The notes under the pieces are model-generated. The model had not been told where the DNA came from and made no database searches. It saw nothing but the letters and a program-made list of their open reading frames with translations. Position numbers and translations under genes: made by a program. Positions 39,417 through 49,153 of a stretch of DNA of 64,000 nucleotides are shown one piece after another. Source of the stretch: an uncultured Spirochaetota bacterium (GTDB lineage Bacteria; Spirochaetota; Spirochaetia; SZUA-6; Fen-1364); assembly GCA_963781885.1 (NCBI GenBank), contig CAWAHW010000002.1, positions 992,001 through 1,056,000 on the forward strand. Direction: 5' to 3'. The first letter of the stretch is position 1, and every line of letters starts with the position of its first letter.

Positions 39417-40071
39417 GCGTGTCCTCGGGCCCCGATCTTTCGATGTTCAACCGGTTCTCCAAGATGTTCCGCAAGGGCGACATCATATTCTGCGAGTACG
39501 AGCCCGGCGACACCTTCTACCTCATCCAGTCTGGACGGGTGCAGATCGTGCGGATCATCGGGGACCTGGAAAAGAACATCGACATCCTCAACCCCACAGA
39601 GATATTCGGCGAGATGGCCATCCTGGAGGAAGCGCCGCGTTCCGCCACCGCCGTCGCGCTCGACGACGTGAAGGCGCTGGAGTTCAACAGGGAGAATTTC
39701 GAGGTCCTCATGATGGGCAACCCGCAGATCGCGATGAAGCTCCTGAAGCTCTTCATCAAGCGCATCTACGACCAGAAGAGGCGTTTCCTGATCCTCACGC
39801 TGGACGACGTCGAAGCGAAGGTCGCGGACGTCTTCCTGATGCTTGCGGAGAACCAATCGGTGGACACTTCCACGGTGGATTCCATCGATTTCAAGAGCTC
39901 CGTGGATGACATGTCCCACTGGGCGGGAATTCCCCCGGCCAATGCCGGGAGGTGCTCAACCATTTCGTGGCCCAGCGCCGCATCGAGCTGTACCCGGACA
40001 GGATCGTCGTCAAGAACATCAACGATTTCGCGCGTTTCGTGAATTCGCGGCGCAAGCAGAAAGAGAAATAG
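39413..40071 (+). CDS. Crp/Fnr-family cNMP-binding regulator, with an apparent 1-base deletion near 39941
   Basis: 'PGDTFYLIQSGRV', 'IFGEMAILEEAPRSATA'; the HTH-like tail 'CREVLNHFVAQRRIELYPDRIVVKNINDF' continues in another frame to TAG 40071. Confidence 0.85.
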
Positions 40072-40125
40072 GGCGTCGCGGATGCCGAAGAGCGGCATGA
40101 GGCGGTCGCCGGGAGAGGCGCCCTT

Positions 40126-40836
40126 TCAGATGCCCAGGTACGCCGACTTCACCTGTGGATTTTCCGCGATTTCCTTTGCCGAACCCGAAAGCACGATCCT
40201 GCCCGTTTCCAGCACATAGGCGCGCTGCGCGATGGAGAGGGCCATCTGGGCGTTCTGCTCGACCAGGAGAATGCTTGTCCCCTGCTTGTTGATTTCCACG
40301 ATGATCCGGAATATCTCCTCCACGAGAATGGGCGAAAGTCCCATGGACGGCTCGTCGAGAAGCAGGAGGCTGGGCTTGCTCATGAGACCGCGTGCCGTGG
40401 CGAGCATCTGCTGCTCCCCGCCGGAAAGCGTTCCCCCGTACTGCCCCGACCTTTCCCGGAGCCGCGGGAAGCTCTTGTAGACCCGCTCCAGCGTCTGCTG
40501 GATCTCCGCCGGGTCGCTGCGCGTGTAGGCGCCCATCATGAGGTTCTCCCGCACGGAGAGAGGCGCGAAAATCTTCCGTCCCTCGGGGACATGGCTGATG
40601 CCCAGGGTGACGATCTTTTCCGCCGGTCGCGTTGAGATGTCCTCGCCCTTGAAGGTGATCGCGCCGGTCCGCGACCGCAGGAGCCCGGAGAGCGTGCGCA
40701 GAGTCGTGGATTTGCCCGCGCCGTTGGCGCCGATGAGCGTGACGATCTCCCCCTCATCGACGGTGAAGGAAATGCCCTGGAGCGCGTGGATTGCCCCGTA
40801 ATAGACGTTGAGGTTCTCAACCTGCAGCTGCAGCAC
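40126..40836 (-). CDS. livF: Branched-chain amino acid ABC transporter ATPase
   Basis: 'GANGAGKST', 'LSGGEQQMLA', 'LDEPSMGLSP'. Confidence 0.95.
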   Translation of the reverse strand: MLQLQVENLNVYYGAIHALQGISFTVDEGEIVTLIGANGAGKSTTLRTLSGLLRSRTGAITFKGEDISTRPAEKIVTLGISHVPEGRKIFAPLSVRENLMMGAYTRSDPAEIQQTLERVYKSFPRLRERSGQYGGTLSGGEQQMLATARGLMSKPSLLLLDEPSMGLSPILVEEIFRIIVEINKQGTSILLVEQNAQMALSIAQRAYVLETGRIVLSGSAKEIAENPQVKSAYLGI

Positions 40837-41626
40837 TGTTCGCCACTCCTTTGCCGAGGTAGGCTTCGACGACGGTCTGGTTTCCCTGTATCTCGGACGG
40901 CGTGCCCCGCGCGATGACTTCCCCGAAGTCCATGACGGTGATGTATTCGCAGACGCCCATGACGACCCGCATCTGGTGCTCGATGAGAAGGATCGTGAGC
41001 TTGAAGCGCTCCCGGATGAAATGGATGAGCTCCATCAACTCGATGATCTCCCGGGGGTTCATGCCGGCGGCAGGCTCGTCCAGCAGGAGGAGACGCGGGT
41101 TGCAGGCAAGGGCGCGCGCGATCTCCACCCTGCGCTGTTCACCGTAGGGGAGATTCTTCGCGATCTCTCCCGCAATCCCCTCGAGCTTGAAAATGGAGAG
41201 GAAATCGAAGGCCCGCTCGGTGAGCTCCGCCTCCTTCGTCGTATACCTGCGCGTCCGCAGGATGCTGTCGGAAAGGCTGTAGCCGGCATGGGGGTGGTAG
41301 GCGATGCGGACGTTGTCGAGCACCGACAGGTTGGAGAACAGCCGGATGTTCTGGAAAGTGCGCGCGATGCCGCTGCGCGTCACCTCGTGGGACTCCAGGC
41401 CGTCGATGCGGTCATTCTGGAACTTGATCAGCCCTGAGGAGAGGGTGATGAGACCCGTGATCAGGTTGAACACCGTGGTCTTGCCGGCGCCATTGGGACC
41501 GATCAAGCCCCAGAGCGCCCCCTCGGGAAGATCCAGGGAAAAGTTTTTGACGGCGCAAAGACCGCCGAAATACTTTGTCAGCTCCTCGACGTGGAGGATG
41601 ACCGGGGCCGGCGTGGTGTCTGCCAT
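40817..41626 (-). CDS. livG: Branched-chain amino acid ABC transporter ATPase
   Basis: 'GPNGAGKTT', 'ARTFQNIRLF', 'LPYGEQRRVEIARAL', 'LDEPAAGMNP'. Confidence 0.95.
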   Translation of the reverse strand: MADTTPAPVILHVEELTKYFGGLCAVKNFSLDLPEGALWGLIGPNGAGKTTVFNLITGLITLSSGLIKFQNDRIDGLESHEVTRSGIARTFQNIRLFSNLSVLDNVRIAYHPHAGYSLSDSILRTRRYTTKEAELTERAFDFLSIFKLEGIAGEIAKNLPYGEQRRVEIARALACNPRLLLLDEPAAGMNPREIIELMELIHFIRERFKLTILLIEHQMRVVMGVCEYITVMDFGEVIARGTPSEIQGNQTVVEAYLGKGVANSAAAAG

Positions 41627-41627
41627 G

Positions 41628-43007
41628 TCAGGCCCCTCCCTTTTCCGTCGGAGCCGACCCGGCCGTATCGGCCGGCGCCCCCTTCAGGCGCCTCACGAAA
41701 TTGTCCGCCTTCATGAATCCCCATTCTATCGTGCCCAGGAGGCCCTGCGGACGCAGGAGCATCAGGAGCAGCAGCGTGAGGGGATAGAGCACGAAACGCC
41801 ACGTCGGGGCCTCGGTGCCCAGCTGTCCCAGGAGGCTTCGCAGGAAGCCCTCCAGGAAGAAGACCCACCCGAACGACGCCGCGATGGCCCCCGACATGCT
41901 TCCCAGTCCGCCAAAGACGACGATGATGAGCGGGTTGAAGCCGGGAAGGAAGCCGAATGTCGCGGGGCTGAGAAACCCGATGTAATGGGCGTAGACCGCG
42001 CCACCCAGACCGGCGACGAAGCTTCCCACGACGAATGCAAGAAGCTTGGAGCCGGCGACATTGATGCCCATCGCTTTTGCGGCAATCTCGTCCTCCCGAA
42101 CGGAGAGGGTCGCCCGCCCGGTGCTCGATCGTACGAAGTTCCTGATGATGATGATCACGGCCAGGAGAAAGACGAAAGCCCAGATCCAGGTCGTGAGCTT
42201 CGGGATGCCGATCATGCCGCGCCCGCCTTTCATTTCAGGGAAGGGCAGGAGGGTATCGGAGTTATCCAGCAGCGTCTTCACGACGATGGCGAAACCCAGC
42301 GTGGCGATGCCAAAGTAATCGCTGCCGAGCGTGAGCACGGGGAGGCCGAAGAGGAAGCTCACTTCCGCGGCGAAACACCCGGCGAATATCACCGACAGGC
42401 CGAAGACGACCTGCTGCATGGCGAAGGAAGCCAGAGGGCCCGGCACATCGGAGGTCCCGAAAAGCGGCGTGAGCGCCGGCGCAATGGCGTTGCCCAGAAG
42501 CACCGCAACAAGTCCTGCCGCGACGATGGCGATCAGATAGAAGGTGAACGCGGACAGCACGGGGATGCCCCGCTTCAGCCGCAGCAGCCGTCCGACGCCG
42601 AAGAGCGCGGCCGCGCCCAGGACCACCCCGATGCCGACCACCAGGAGCCCCGCCGGGTCTCCGTTGCTCCAACGCCAGGTGATGTCGGCGGCGCAGTAGG
42701 CGCCGATGCCATAGAATCCCCACTGCGCAAGGCTGAACTGACCGTTGAAGCCATAGATGAGGTTCAGCCCCATCGCCACCATGGCCATCGTGCAGGCCTG
42801 AAAGAGCAGACCCTGGTCGAACGCGGTGAAGACAGGGGTATCGCCGATCTTCAGGAGGAAAGCGGTTTGCACGATGCCGAATGCCAGGAGGATCGTGAGC
42901 GCCTTCTGCCAGAGCGGCTTGCGTCCCAGGCCCCAGAGCAATCCGTAGATCCAGGCCACCAGGGCCACCATTTTGACGACAGTCAGCAGAAGGTTCGTGA
43001 ATTCCAT
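41628..43007 (-). CDS. livM: Branched-chain amino acid ABC transporter permease
   Basis: 'GLNLIYGFNGQFSL', 'DYFGIATLGF', 'REDEIAAKAMGIN'. Confidence 0.92.
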   Translation of the reverse strand: MEFTNLLLTVVKMVALVAWIYGLLWGLGRKPLWQKALTILLAFGIVQTAFLLKIGDTPVFTAFDQGLLFQACTMAMVAMGLNLIYGFNGQFSLAQWGFYGIGAYCAADITWRWSNGDPAGLLVVGIGVVLGAAALFGVGRLLRLKRGIPVLSAFTFYLIAIVAAGLVAVLLGNAIAPALTPLFGTSDVPGPLASFAMQQVVFGLSVIFAGCFAAEVSFLFGLPVLTLGSDYFGIATLGFAIVVKTLLDNSDTLLPFPEMKGGRGMIGIPKLTTWIWAFVFLLAVIIIIRNFVRSSTGRATLSVREDEIAAKAMGINVAGSKLLAFVVGSFVAGLGGAVYAHYIGFLSPATFGFLPGFNPLIIVVFGGLGSMSGAIAASFGWVFFLEGFLRSLLGQLGTEAPTWRFVLYPLTLLLLMLLRPQGLLGTIEWGFMKADNFVRRLKGAPADTAGSAPTEKGGA

Positions 43008-43021
43008 TTGCCGTCCCCTCC

Positions 43022-44149
43022 CTACGCCTTCTCGCCCGATGGTTCGCCGAAGATGCCGGTCGGCTTGATGAGGAGCACGACGATCAGGATGGTAAACGCC
43101 ACCGCGTCACGCATGGGCGTGGAGATGTAGCCCGCCGTGAGCACCTCGGCCTGTCCCATGATGAGCGCGCCGACGAAGGCGCCGGGGATGCTGCCGATGC
43201 CCCCGAGCACCGCCGCGACAAAGGCCTTCAGGCCCGGGATGATGCCGAGGATGGGGGTGATGGAGGCGTAGGAAATCGCGTAGAGGACGCCGCCGAGGCC
43301 GGCAAATGCCGCGCCGATGGCGAAGGTGAAGGAGATCACCCGGTCCACGTTGATGCCCATGAGGCGCGCCGTGGGCTTGTCGAAGGAAGAGGCGCGCATG
43401 GCCATGCCGATCTTCGTGCGGCGGACGATGAACTGGAGCAGGATCTGCACGATGATCGAGGCGGCCATGATGATGAGAAAGATGTTGGAAAAGGTGACGC
43501 TATGGGACGGAGTTTCGACGCCGGCCGTGATGCGGTGGATGCCGCCCGAGATGTACCACGCCACGGTGTCGAAGGGGCTCTTGTAGGGGATGAAGCGCGC
43601 CGTGTAGACGAATTGGAGGTTGCCGAAATATTCGAGGAAGAATGAGACGCCGATGGCCGTGATGAGGGCCGCGATGCGGGGGGCGTCGCGCAGGGGCTTG
43701 TAGGCCACCCGCTCGATGGTGACGGCCAGCAGCGTACAAACCACCATCGAAAGGATGATGACGGTGGCGGACCCGATGACGATGGAGAGCCCGCCGCCGA
43801 TGCCCGGGAAGGCGAGCGACGGCCACTTGTGCAGACCGAAGCGGGCGACGGCGAAGTAGCTCGTGAAGGCGCCCACCATGAAGACGTCGCCGTGGGCGAA
43901 GTTGATGAGCTTCACGATACCGTAGACCATCGTGTATCCCAGCGCAATGAGCGCGTAGACAAAGCCAAGCTTCAGCCCATCCAGGACGTTCTGCGCCAGC
44001 AGAGTCGGGTTCCTGACGCCCTGCGAGACGATGATCCACAGCACCCCGAGCGCGAGGAGGAGGAGAAAGGCCCAGCCGACCCATGCGAGGGGCGGCCGCC
44101 GAACGCTGAGGCGGGGAAGGGACGGGACGGCATTGCGTGATACTGGCAT
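43022..44149 (-). CDS. livH: Branched-chain amino acid ABC transporter permease
   Basis: 'YALIALGYTMVYGIVKLINFAHG', 'KAFVAAVLGGIGSIPGA'. Confidence 0.95.
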   Translation of the reverse strand: MPVSRNAVPSLPRLSVRRPPLAWVGWAFLLLLALGVLWIIVSQGVRNPTLLAQNVLDGLKLGFVYALIALGYTMVYGIVKLINFAHGDVFMVGAFTSYFAVARFGLHKWPSLAFPGIGGGLSIVIGSATVIILSMVVCTLLAVTIERVAYKPLRDAPRIAALITAIGVSFFLEYFGNLQFVYTARFIPYKSPFDTVAWYISGGIHRITAGVETPSHSVTFSNIFLIIMAASIIVQILLQFIVRRTKIGMAMRASSFDKPTARLMGINVDRVISFTFAIGAAFAGLGGVLYAISYASITPILGIIPGLKAFVAAVLGGIGSIPGAFVGALIMGQAEVLTAGYISTPMRDAVAFTILIVVLLIKPTGIFGEPSGEKA

Positions 44150-44176
44150 GTGCGCTCCGGTCTACGAAAGAGATTC

Positions 44177-44206
44177 AAAGAAGAGGGCAACCCGCGGGTT
44201 GCCCTC
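44177..44206 (-). terminator. Stem-loop between livK and livH
   Basis: GAGGGCAACCC-GC-GGGTTGCCCTC followed on the minus strand by TTCTTT. Confidence 0.6.
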
Positions 44207-44227
44207 CGAGAAACGTCGAAGCAGTGC

Positions 44228-45367
44228 TTACGGCTGGACGAATGAGTTGTAGGTGATCTCTCCGCCTTCAACCTTCAGGATGACCGCGCCCTTGATGGGG
44301 TTGTGCTGCGCATCAAAGGTGATGTTGCCGGAGACGCCGGCGAACTTGATCTTTTCGAGCGCGACACGGACCTTGTCGGTGTTGTCGGCGCCCGCGTTCT
44401 TGATCCCCTGGAGGATCATGTTGGTGGCGTCATAGGCCAGAGCGGCGAGGGCGTCAGGAACGATTGCATTGCCTGAGTCGTCCTGGTACTTCGCGCCGTA
44501 GGCCTTGAGGAAGTTCTGAACCTCGGGCCTCTGGTCGCCGGAGAAGTAGTGGTTGGTGTAGTAACCGCCTGCTGCGGCAATCTTGTCCAGGTCGGAAGAA
44601 TCCCAGCCATCACCGCCCATGAACGGAACAGTGAGGCCCTTCTCCTTGGCCTGCTTGGTGGCAAGGTTCACGACGTTGTAATAGTCGGGCAGGTACACGA
44701 TATCGGGCTTCGCGTCCTTGATCTTCGCGAGAATGGCGGAGAAGTCCGTGTCCGTGCCGGTGTAGCTTTCTTTGCCGACGATCGTGCCGCCGAAGCCCTT
44801 GAAGGTGGATTCGAAAGCAGCGGAAAGACCCACGACGTAGTCATTGGCCTGGTCGACCATGAGGAATGCCTTCTTTGCGTTCAGGTTCTTGAACGCAAAA
44901 GTGGCTCCCACCTTGCCCTGGAAGGGGTCGATGAAGCACGCGCGGAAAATATACGGCTTTGCCTTGCCATTCTTGTCGATCGTGAACGCGGTCGCCGTCG
45001 AAGTTCCGCTGATCTGGATGACCTTGGCTGCGTTGGCGATTTCGGACACGGGGATGGAGGCCTTGGAGCAGACCTCGCCCATGATGTAGTGGACCCCGTC
45101 CTGGTTGATGACCTTGTTGGCCGCGTTGACCGCGGGGTCAGGCGTGCACTGGCTGTCCTCGACGATCGGCACGATCTTCATACCCAGAACGCCGCCCTTG
45201 GCGTTCCACTGGTCGATGGCCAGAAGGGCGCCATCACGGGTCGACACGCCGAATGTCGGCACGGGGCCCGAGAGGGGCGCCAGGATGGCGAGCTTGAGGT
45301 CAGCGGCGCCCGCAGCGACCGCCAACACCAGCCCCATGATGACGAGGAGCGGAAGAAGACGCTTCAT
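44228..45367 (-). CDS. livK: Branched-chain amino acid ABC transporter substrate-binding protein
   Basis: AAGGAGG RBS, signal peptide, 'NAKGGVLG', 'FRACFIDPFQG', 'GGDGWDS'. Confidence 0.92.
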   Translation of the reverse strand: MKRLLPLLVIMGLVLAVAAGAADLKLAILAPLSGPVPTFGVSTRDGALLAIDQWNAKGGVLGMKIVPIVEDSQCTPDPAVNAANKVINQDGVHYIMGEVCSKASIPVSEIANAAKVIQISGTSTATAFTIDKNGKAKPYIFRACFIDPFQGKVGATFAFKNLNAKKAFLMVDQANDYVVGLSAAFESTFKGFGGTIVGKESYTGTDTDFSAILAKIKDAKPDIVYLPDYYNVVNLATKQAKEKGLTVPFMGGDGWDSSDLDKIAAAGGYYTNHYFSGDQRPEVQNFLKAYGAKYQDDSGNAIVPDALAALAYDATNMILQGIKNAGADNTDKVRVALEKIKFAGVSGNITFDAQHNPIKGAVILKVEGGEITYNSFVQP

Positions 45368-45559
45368 GGAAACCTCCTTACGATGAATGCTCACGGTTTG
45401 ACAAACCGCCTCGCCGCTCGATCCACGTTCCTTGTCAGATTCCCCTGCGCTGCACGTCTTTTCTGCCTGCCGACAAGCCGTTGGTCGTTCGGCCGTTCAT
45501 CAGAGAACAATCTCTAGGCCTGGAAACTTATACCGGCCGTGCATAAGCTGTCAATAAGA

Positions 45560-45979
45560 TCACGCTCCCGCTTTCCGCGGTGCCGCGGGAAGGACACTGT
45601 TGCGCACCTCCGGGATGTCCACGTACCAGATCTGAAACGCGGAGAAGAGCATGGAAATCACGGCGATGATCACGTAGCCGGTATTGATGCGCTGAACGCC
45701 GCCGACGTACTCCGTGGCGTGCGGAAGGAACATCATCAGCCTGCTGATGATGCTGAATCCCTGGGCAAATGCGAGGAGGCGCCAGGGCGCTGCCGACTGC
45801 GTGCGGCGGACCAGGATCTGCACGATCGCGACGATCACGAGGATCGTGAGGAAGGCCGGAAGCCACCATTCCTGAGATTTGATGGTGAATGCCGAAAGGG
45901 GAAAGATGATCAGCGGCACGATCTGCAGTATCAGCATGACGGGCACTGCGGCACGGGAGGCGAGCATCTTGCGAAACAT
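45560..45979 (-). CDS. Hypothetical membrane protein (about 4 TM)
   Basis: 139-aa ORF with four hydrophobic segments. Confidence 0.7.
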   Translation of the reverse strand: MFRKMLASRAAVPVMLILQIVPLIIFPLSAFTIKSQEWWLPAFLTILVIVAIVQILVRRTQSAAPWRLLAFAQGFSIISRLMMFLPHATEYVGGVQRINTGYVIIAVISMLFSAFQIWYVDIPEVRNSVLPAAPRKAGA

Positions 45980-46032
45980 GGGCCGACATTATCACGCCCG
46001 GCCCTTCATGTCGAGCGTTTTTATGCGCGAAT

Positions 46033-46105
46033 AGCCAAGACTGGGACTCGAACCCAGGACCTGCGCATTACGAATGCGCTGCTCTACCAGCTGAGCTATC
46101 TTGGC
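46033..46105 (-). tRNA. tRNA-Thr (anticodon CGU)
   Basis: GCCAAGA acceptor stem, anticodon arm GCGCA-TTCGTAA-TGCGC, GGTTCGA T-loop. Confidence 0.97.
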
Positions 46106-46263
46106 GTTAATTCCTTGTCGCGCATCATTCTAAATCAAGTCTCACGCAGCCGTACATCCCTGCCGTATCGGGGGAAACACTAACTTCCCCCCCCTCGCGT
46201 GTCAAGTGACGGCGCGGCGCACGCGGGGATTTGCTTGGAGAAGCCTTCGGCGCGGCGCTTTCC

Positions 46264-46593
46264 TCAGCCTTCCGCCGTCCAGTTCAGGACGAAGGCTCCG
46301 GACTTGTCCGTAAAGGATCCCACGCACGCCATGATGAAGTCCACGAGGACCCAGATGGAAAGGACGTTCCAACCGAAGAAGATGAAGAGCACACCCGTCC
46401 CCGCCTTGCCGACGTAGAACCGGTGAATTCCGATCCAGCCCAGGAAAAGGCAGAGAAGCACGACCGCGAGCCTGCTTTTCTGGCTGACGGCCTTGTTCGT
46501 CACGGTGGCGGATCCGGCCTTCATCGGGTGTCCGCAGCTGGGACAGGTGACGGCTTGGTCGGACAACTCCTTGCCGCAATTCGGACAGAACAT
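46264..46593 (-). CDS. Zinc-ribbon + TM2 domain membrane protein
   Basis: 'MFCPNCG...CPSCG', 'KSRLAVVLLCLFLGWIGIHRFYVGK'. Confidence 0.88.
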   Translation of the reverse strand: MFCPNCGKELSDQAVTCPSCGHPMKAGSATVTNKAVSQKSRLAVVLLCLFLGWIGIHRFYVGKAGTGVLFIFFGWNVLSIWVLVDFIMACVGSFTDKSGAFVLNWTAEG

Positions 46594-46739
46594 CGGTGCC
46601 CTCCTTATTTATGACACTGCAAAATACACGACTCCCGCGCTGTCCGCAAGGCCGAAAGTCTGAAGGCCGGCGGCGTCGGCTTTCTCACGTCAAGGAAGCT
46701 GGCGGGCTTCCGATAATGGAAAGAGGACAGGAGGCGCTC

Positions 46740-47585
46740 GTGGTTCGAGGGCTGTACACCGCCGCCAGCGGCATGAACGTCCAGCAGAACAGGCTGGACG
46801 AGATCGCCAACAACCTGGCGAATGTCGATCTCACCGGGTACAAAAAAGATACCGCCATCCAGAAGGCGTTCCCGGAAATGCTCATGAGGCGCATGAACGA
46901 CAATGGCGTCTACGTGTTCCCCTTTGGGTCGGTGGACACCATGCCCATCGTGGGCACCGTCGGGACCGGCGTGGAGACGAACGAGGTCTATACGAACTTC
47001 ACGCAGGGCGCCCTGAAGCAGACGGAGAACGATTTCGACGTCGCCCTGGAGGGCAATGGGTTCTTCACGGTGCAAACCCCCCAGGGGGAGCGACTCACGC
47101 GCAATGGCTCCTTCCTGCTCAACAGCGACGGCTACCTCGTCACGAAGTCCGGCGATTTTGTGCTCGGGGAGAACGGCCCGATCAAGCTGAAGAAAAACAA
47201 CTTCACCATCGACGAGGACGGCAATGTGTGGCAGAACGCGACATTCGCCTCCGACGACAAGCGCCTGGTCTCGCAGGACGAGAACCAGTGGGAGAACACG
47301 CAGAAAGTGGACCGGCTGCGCATCGTCGACGTGAAGCGCGACCGCTATCTGCAGAAGCAGGGCAACTCGTACTGGCTCACCACCGACGAATCGGGGGCCG
47401 CGCAGGTCATCGACGGCGCGCGTCCCAAGGTGCGCCAGGGATTCCTCGAAGCGGCAAATGTGAGTGCGGTGCAGGAGATGGTGGAGATGATCGAGGTCAA
47501 CCGCGCCTACGACGCGAACCAGAAGACCATCCAGACGGAAGACGCCTTGATCGGAAAACTGTGGAATGAGGTGGTGAAAGTATGA
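46740..47585 (+). CDS. flgF: Flagellar basal-body rod protein FlgF/FlhO
   Basis: 'RGLYTAASGM', 'ANNLAN...GYKKD', 'TRNGSF', 'QGFLEAANV'. Confidence 0.88.
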   Translation: MVRGLYTAASGMNVQQNRLDEIANNLANVDLTGYKKDTAIQKAFPEMLMRRMNDNGVYVFPFGSVDTMPIVGTVGTGVETNEVYTNFTQGALKQTENDFDVALEGNGFFTVQTPQGERLTRNGSFLLNSDGYLVTKSGDFVLGENGPIKLKKNNFTIDEDGNVWQNATFASDDKRLVSQDENQWENTQKVDRLRIVDVKRDRYLQKQGNSYWLTTDESGAAQVIDGARPKVRQGFLEAANVSAVQEMVEMIEVNRAYDANQKTIQTEDALIGKLWNEVVKV

Positions 47586-48376
47586 TGCGCTCACTGTGGA
47601 CTGCCGCGTCGGGCATGGAGGGGCAGCAGTTCAACATCGACACGATTTCCAACAACCTCGCAAACGTCAACACGACGGGGTTCAAGCAGATGCGCGCCGA
47701 CTTCGAGGACCTGCTCTACCAGACGCAGAAGCTCGCGGGCACCCCGGCAACGGAAGACACGGTGCTCCCGACGGGCGTGCAGGTGGGGCACGGCGTGCGG
47801 CCCGGGGCGACCCAGGAGATCTTCACGCAAGGCGCCCTCCAGTCAACGGGCAACCCCGCGGACATGGCCATCGAAGGCGACGGCTTCTTCCGCGTCATCC
47901 AGCTCGACGGAACCTACGGCTATACGCGGGACGGCTCCTTCAAGATCGACTCCAACGGCCAGGTCGTGACCTCGGACGGCTACAAGCTCTCCCCCGAGGT
48001 GATCCTGCCCGAGGGCTTCGTGCCCGACAGCCTCACCGTTTCGCAGGACGGACGCATCACGGTGAAAGTGGCCGGCAGCGACGACCCGATCGAGGTGGGT
48101 CAGCTCGAAATCTACCGATTCGTGAATCCCGCGGGGCTCGAAGCCCTCGGGCAGAACCTGTTGAAGGTCACCAATGCGTCAGGTGACGCAATCCCCGGCC
48201 GGCCGGGATTCGACGGCATGGGCAAGGTGCTGCAGAAGTTCCTGGAGATGTCCAACGTGTCGGTCGTGAAGGAGATGGTGAATATGATCGTCGCGCAGCG
48301 GGCCTACGAGCTGAACTCGCGCGCCATCCAGACCTCCGACTCCATGCTCGCAACGGCGACGTCGCTGAAGAGGTAG
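47582..48376 (+). CDS. flgG: Flagellar distal rod protein FlgG
   Basis: 'MMRSLWTAASGM', 'SNNLANVNTTGFK', 'FEDLLYQ', 'LEMSNV...QRAYE'. Confidence 0.96.
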   Translation: MMRSLWTAASGMEGQQFNIDTISNNLANVNTTGFKQMRADFEDLLYQTQKLAGTPATEDTVLPTGVQVGHGVRPGATQEIFTQGALQSTGNPADMAIEGDGFFRVIQLDGTYGYTRDGSFKIDSNGQVVTSDGYKLSPEVILPEGFVPDSLTVSQDGRITVKVAGSDDPIEVGQLEIYRFVNPAGLEALGQNLLKVTNASGDAIPGRPGFDGMGKVLQKFLEMSNVSVVKEMVNMIVAQRAYELNSRAIQTSDSMLATATSLKR

Positions 48377-48388
48377 GCTGAAAGCCGC

Positions 48389-49153
48389 ATGAGACCGCGC
48401 CGCGCCATCCGTGCCCTGACCGTGCTCGCGCTGCTGCTCGTTTCGATGGCGGCCTTTGCCCAGGGAGCGACGCTGTACGTGACGCGGGTGCTGGTCGCGG
48501 AGCGCGGCGACGTCAAGCTCGGCGACATCGTCCGGCCTTCCGGCGGTGTGGCCGCGGCCGCGCGGGAAACCTTGTCCCGCAGCATCGGGACGCTGGCCGA
48601 CAAACCACTGTACATGCCGGTGGCATCGTATCTTGCCGACCTGGAGTCGGCTTTCGGACAGGATGCCATCATCGTCGGCTCGCGGACGCTGATCGTCCCG
48701 AAAGGCACGACGCTGGAACAGGAGTCCTACGCGCTCGATCGCCTGGTCGACTTCCTGCAGTCCAAGGGCCTGCTTTCCGATTCCGCCCAGGAGCTCCCCC
48801 TCACGCAGAATGTCATGAAGGGTGCTGCCATGGTCGACGGAACGCCCATCTTCCAGGCGCAGAAGAGCCGCGGACAGACGGATGTTTCATTCTCCCTGAC
48901 CGGCGCAGACGGGAGCTCGGTGACGGGCCGGGTAACGCTTGCGGCCGCGTCCGCCGATGCGACCGCGGGTGTGACGCCCGGCAGCACCGTCACGGTGCTT
49001 TTCCACAAGGGGCCCATCACGATACAGATGCCCGGCAAGGCCATGGGCTCGGCTTCCATGGGGGACAGCGTGAGCGTTTATGTCGCCGACAGCCAGAAAA
49101 GCTTCATGGGAACCCTCGCTGACGGGAAGGCGGTGAATGTTGACCTGCCGTAA
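48389..49153 (+). CDS. flgA: FlgA-like P-ring assembly chaperone
   Basis: Signal peptide; C-terminal 'V..G..V.V....G.I.I...GKA..S...GD.V.V' FlgA pattern; sits between flgG and flgI. Confidence 0.7.
   Translation: MRPRRAIRALTVLALLLVSMAAFAQGATLYVTRVLVAERGDVKLGDIVRPSGGVAAAARETLSRSIGTLADKPLYMPVASYLADLESAFGQDAIIVGSRTLIVPKGTTLEQESYALDRLVDFLQSKGLLSDSAQELPLTQNVMKGAAMVDGTPIFQAQKSRGQTDVSFSLTGADGSSVTGRVTLAAASADATAGVTPGSTVTVLFHKGPITIQMPGKAMGSASMGDSVSVYVADSQKSFMGTLADGKAVNVDLP

Noticed and set aside
46033-46105. tRNA-Thr as a second integration site
   Set aside because: No duplicated 3' fragment or integrase seen in the window
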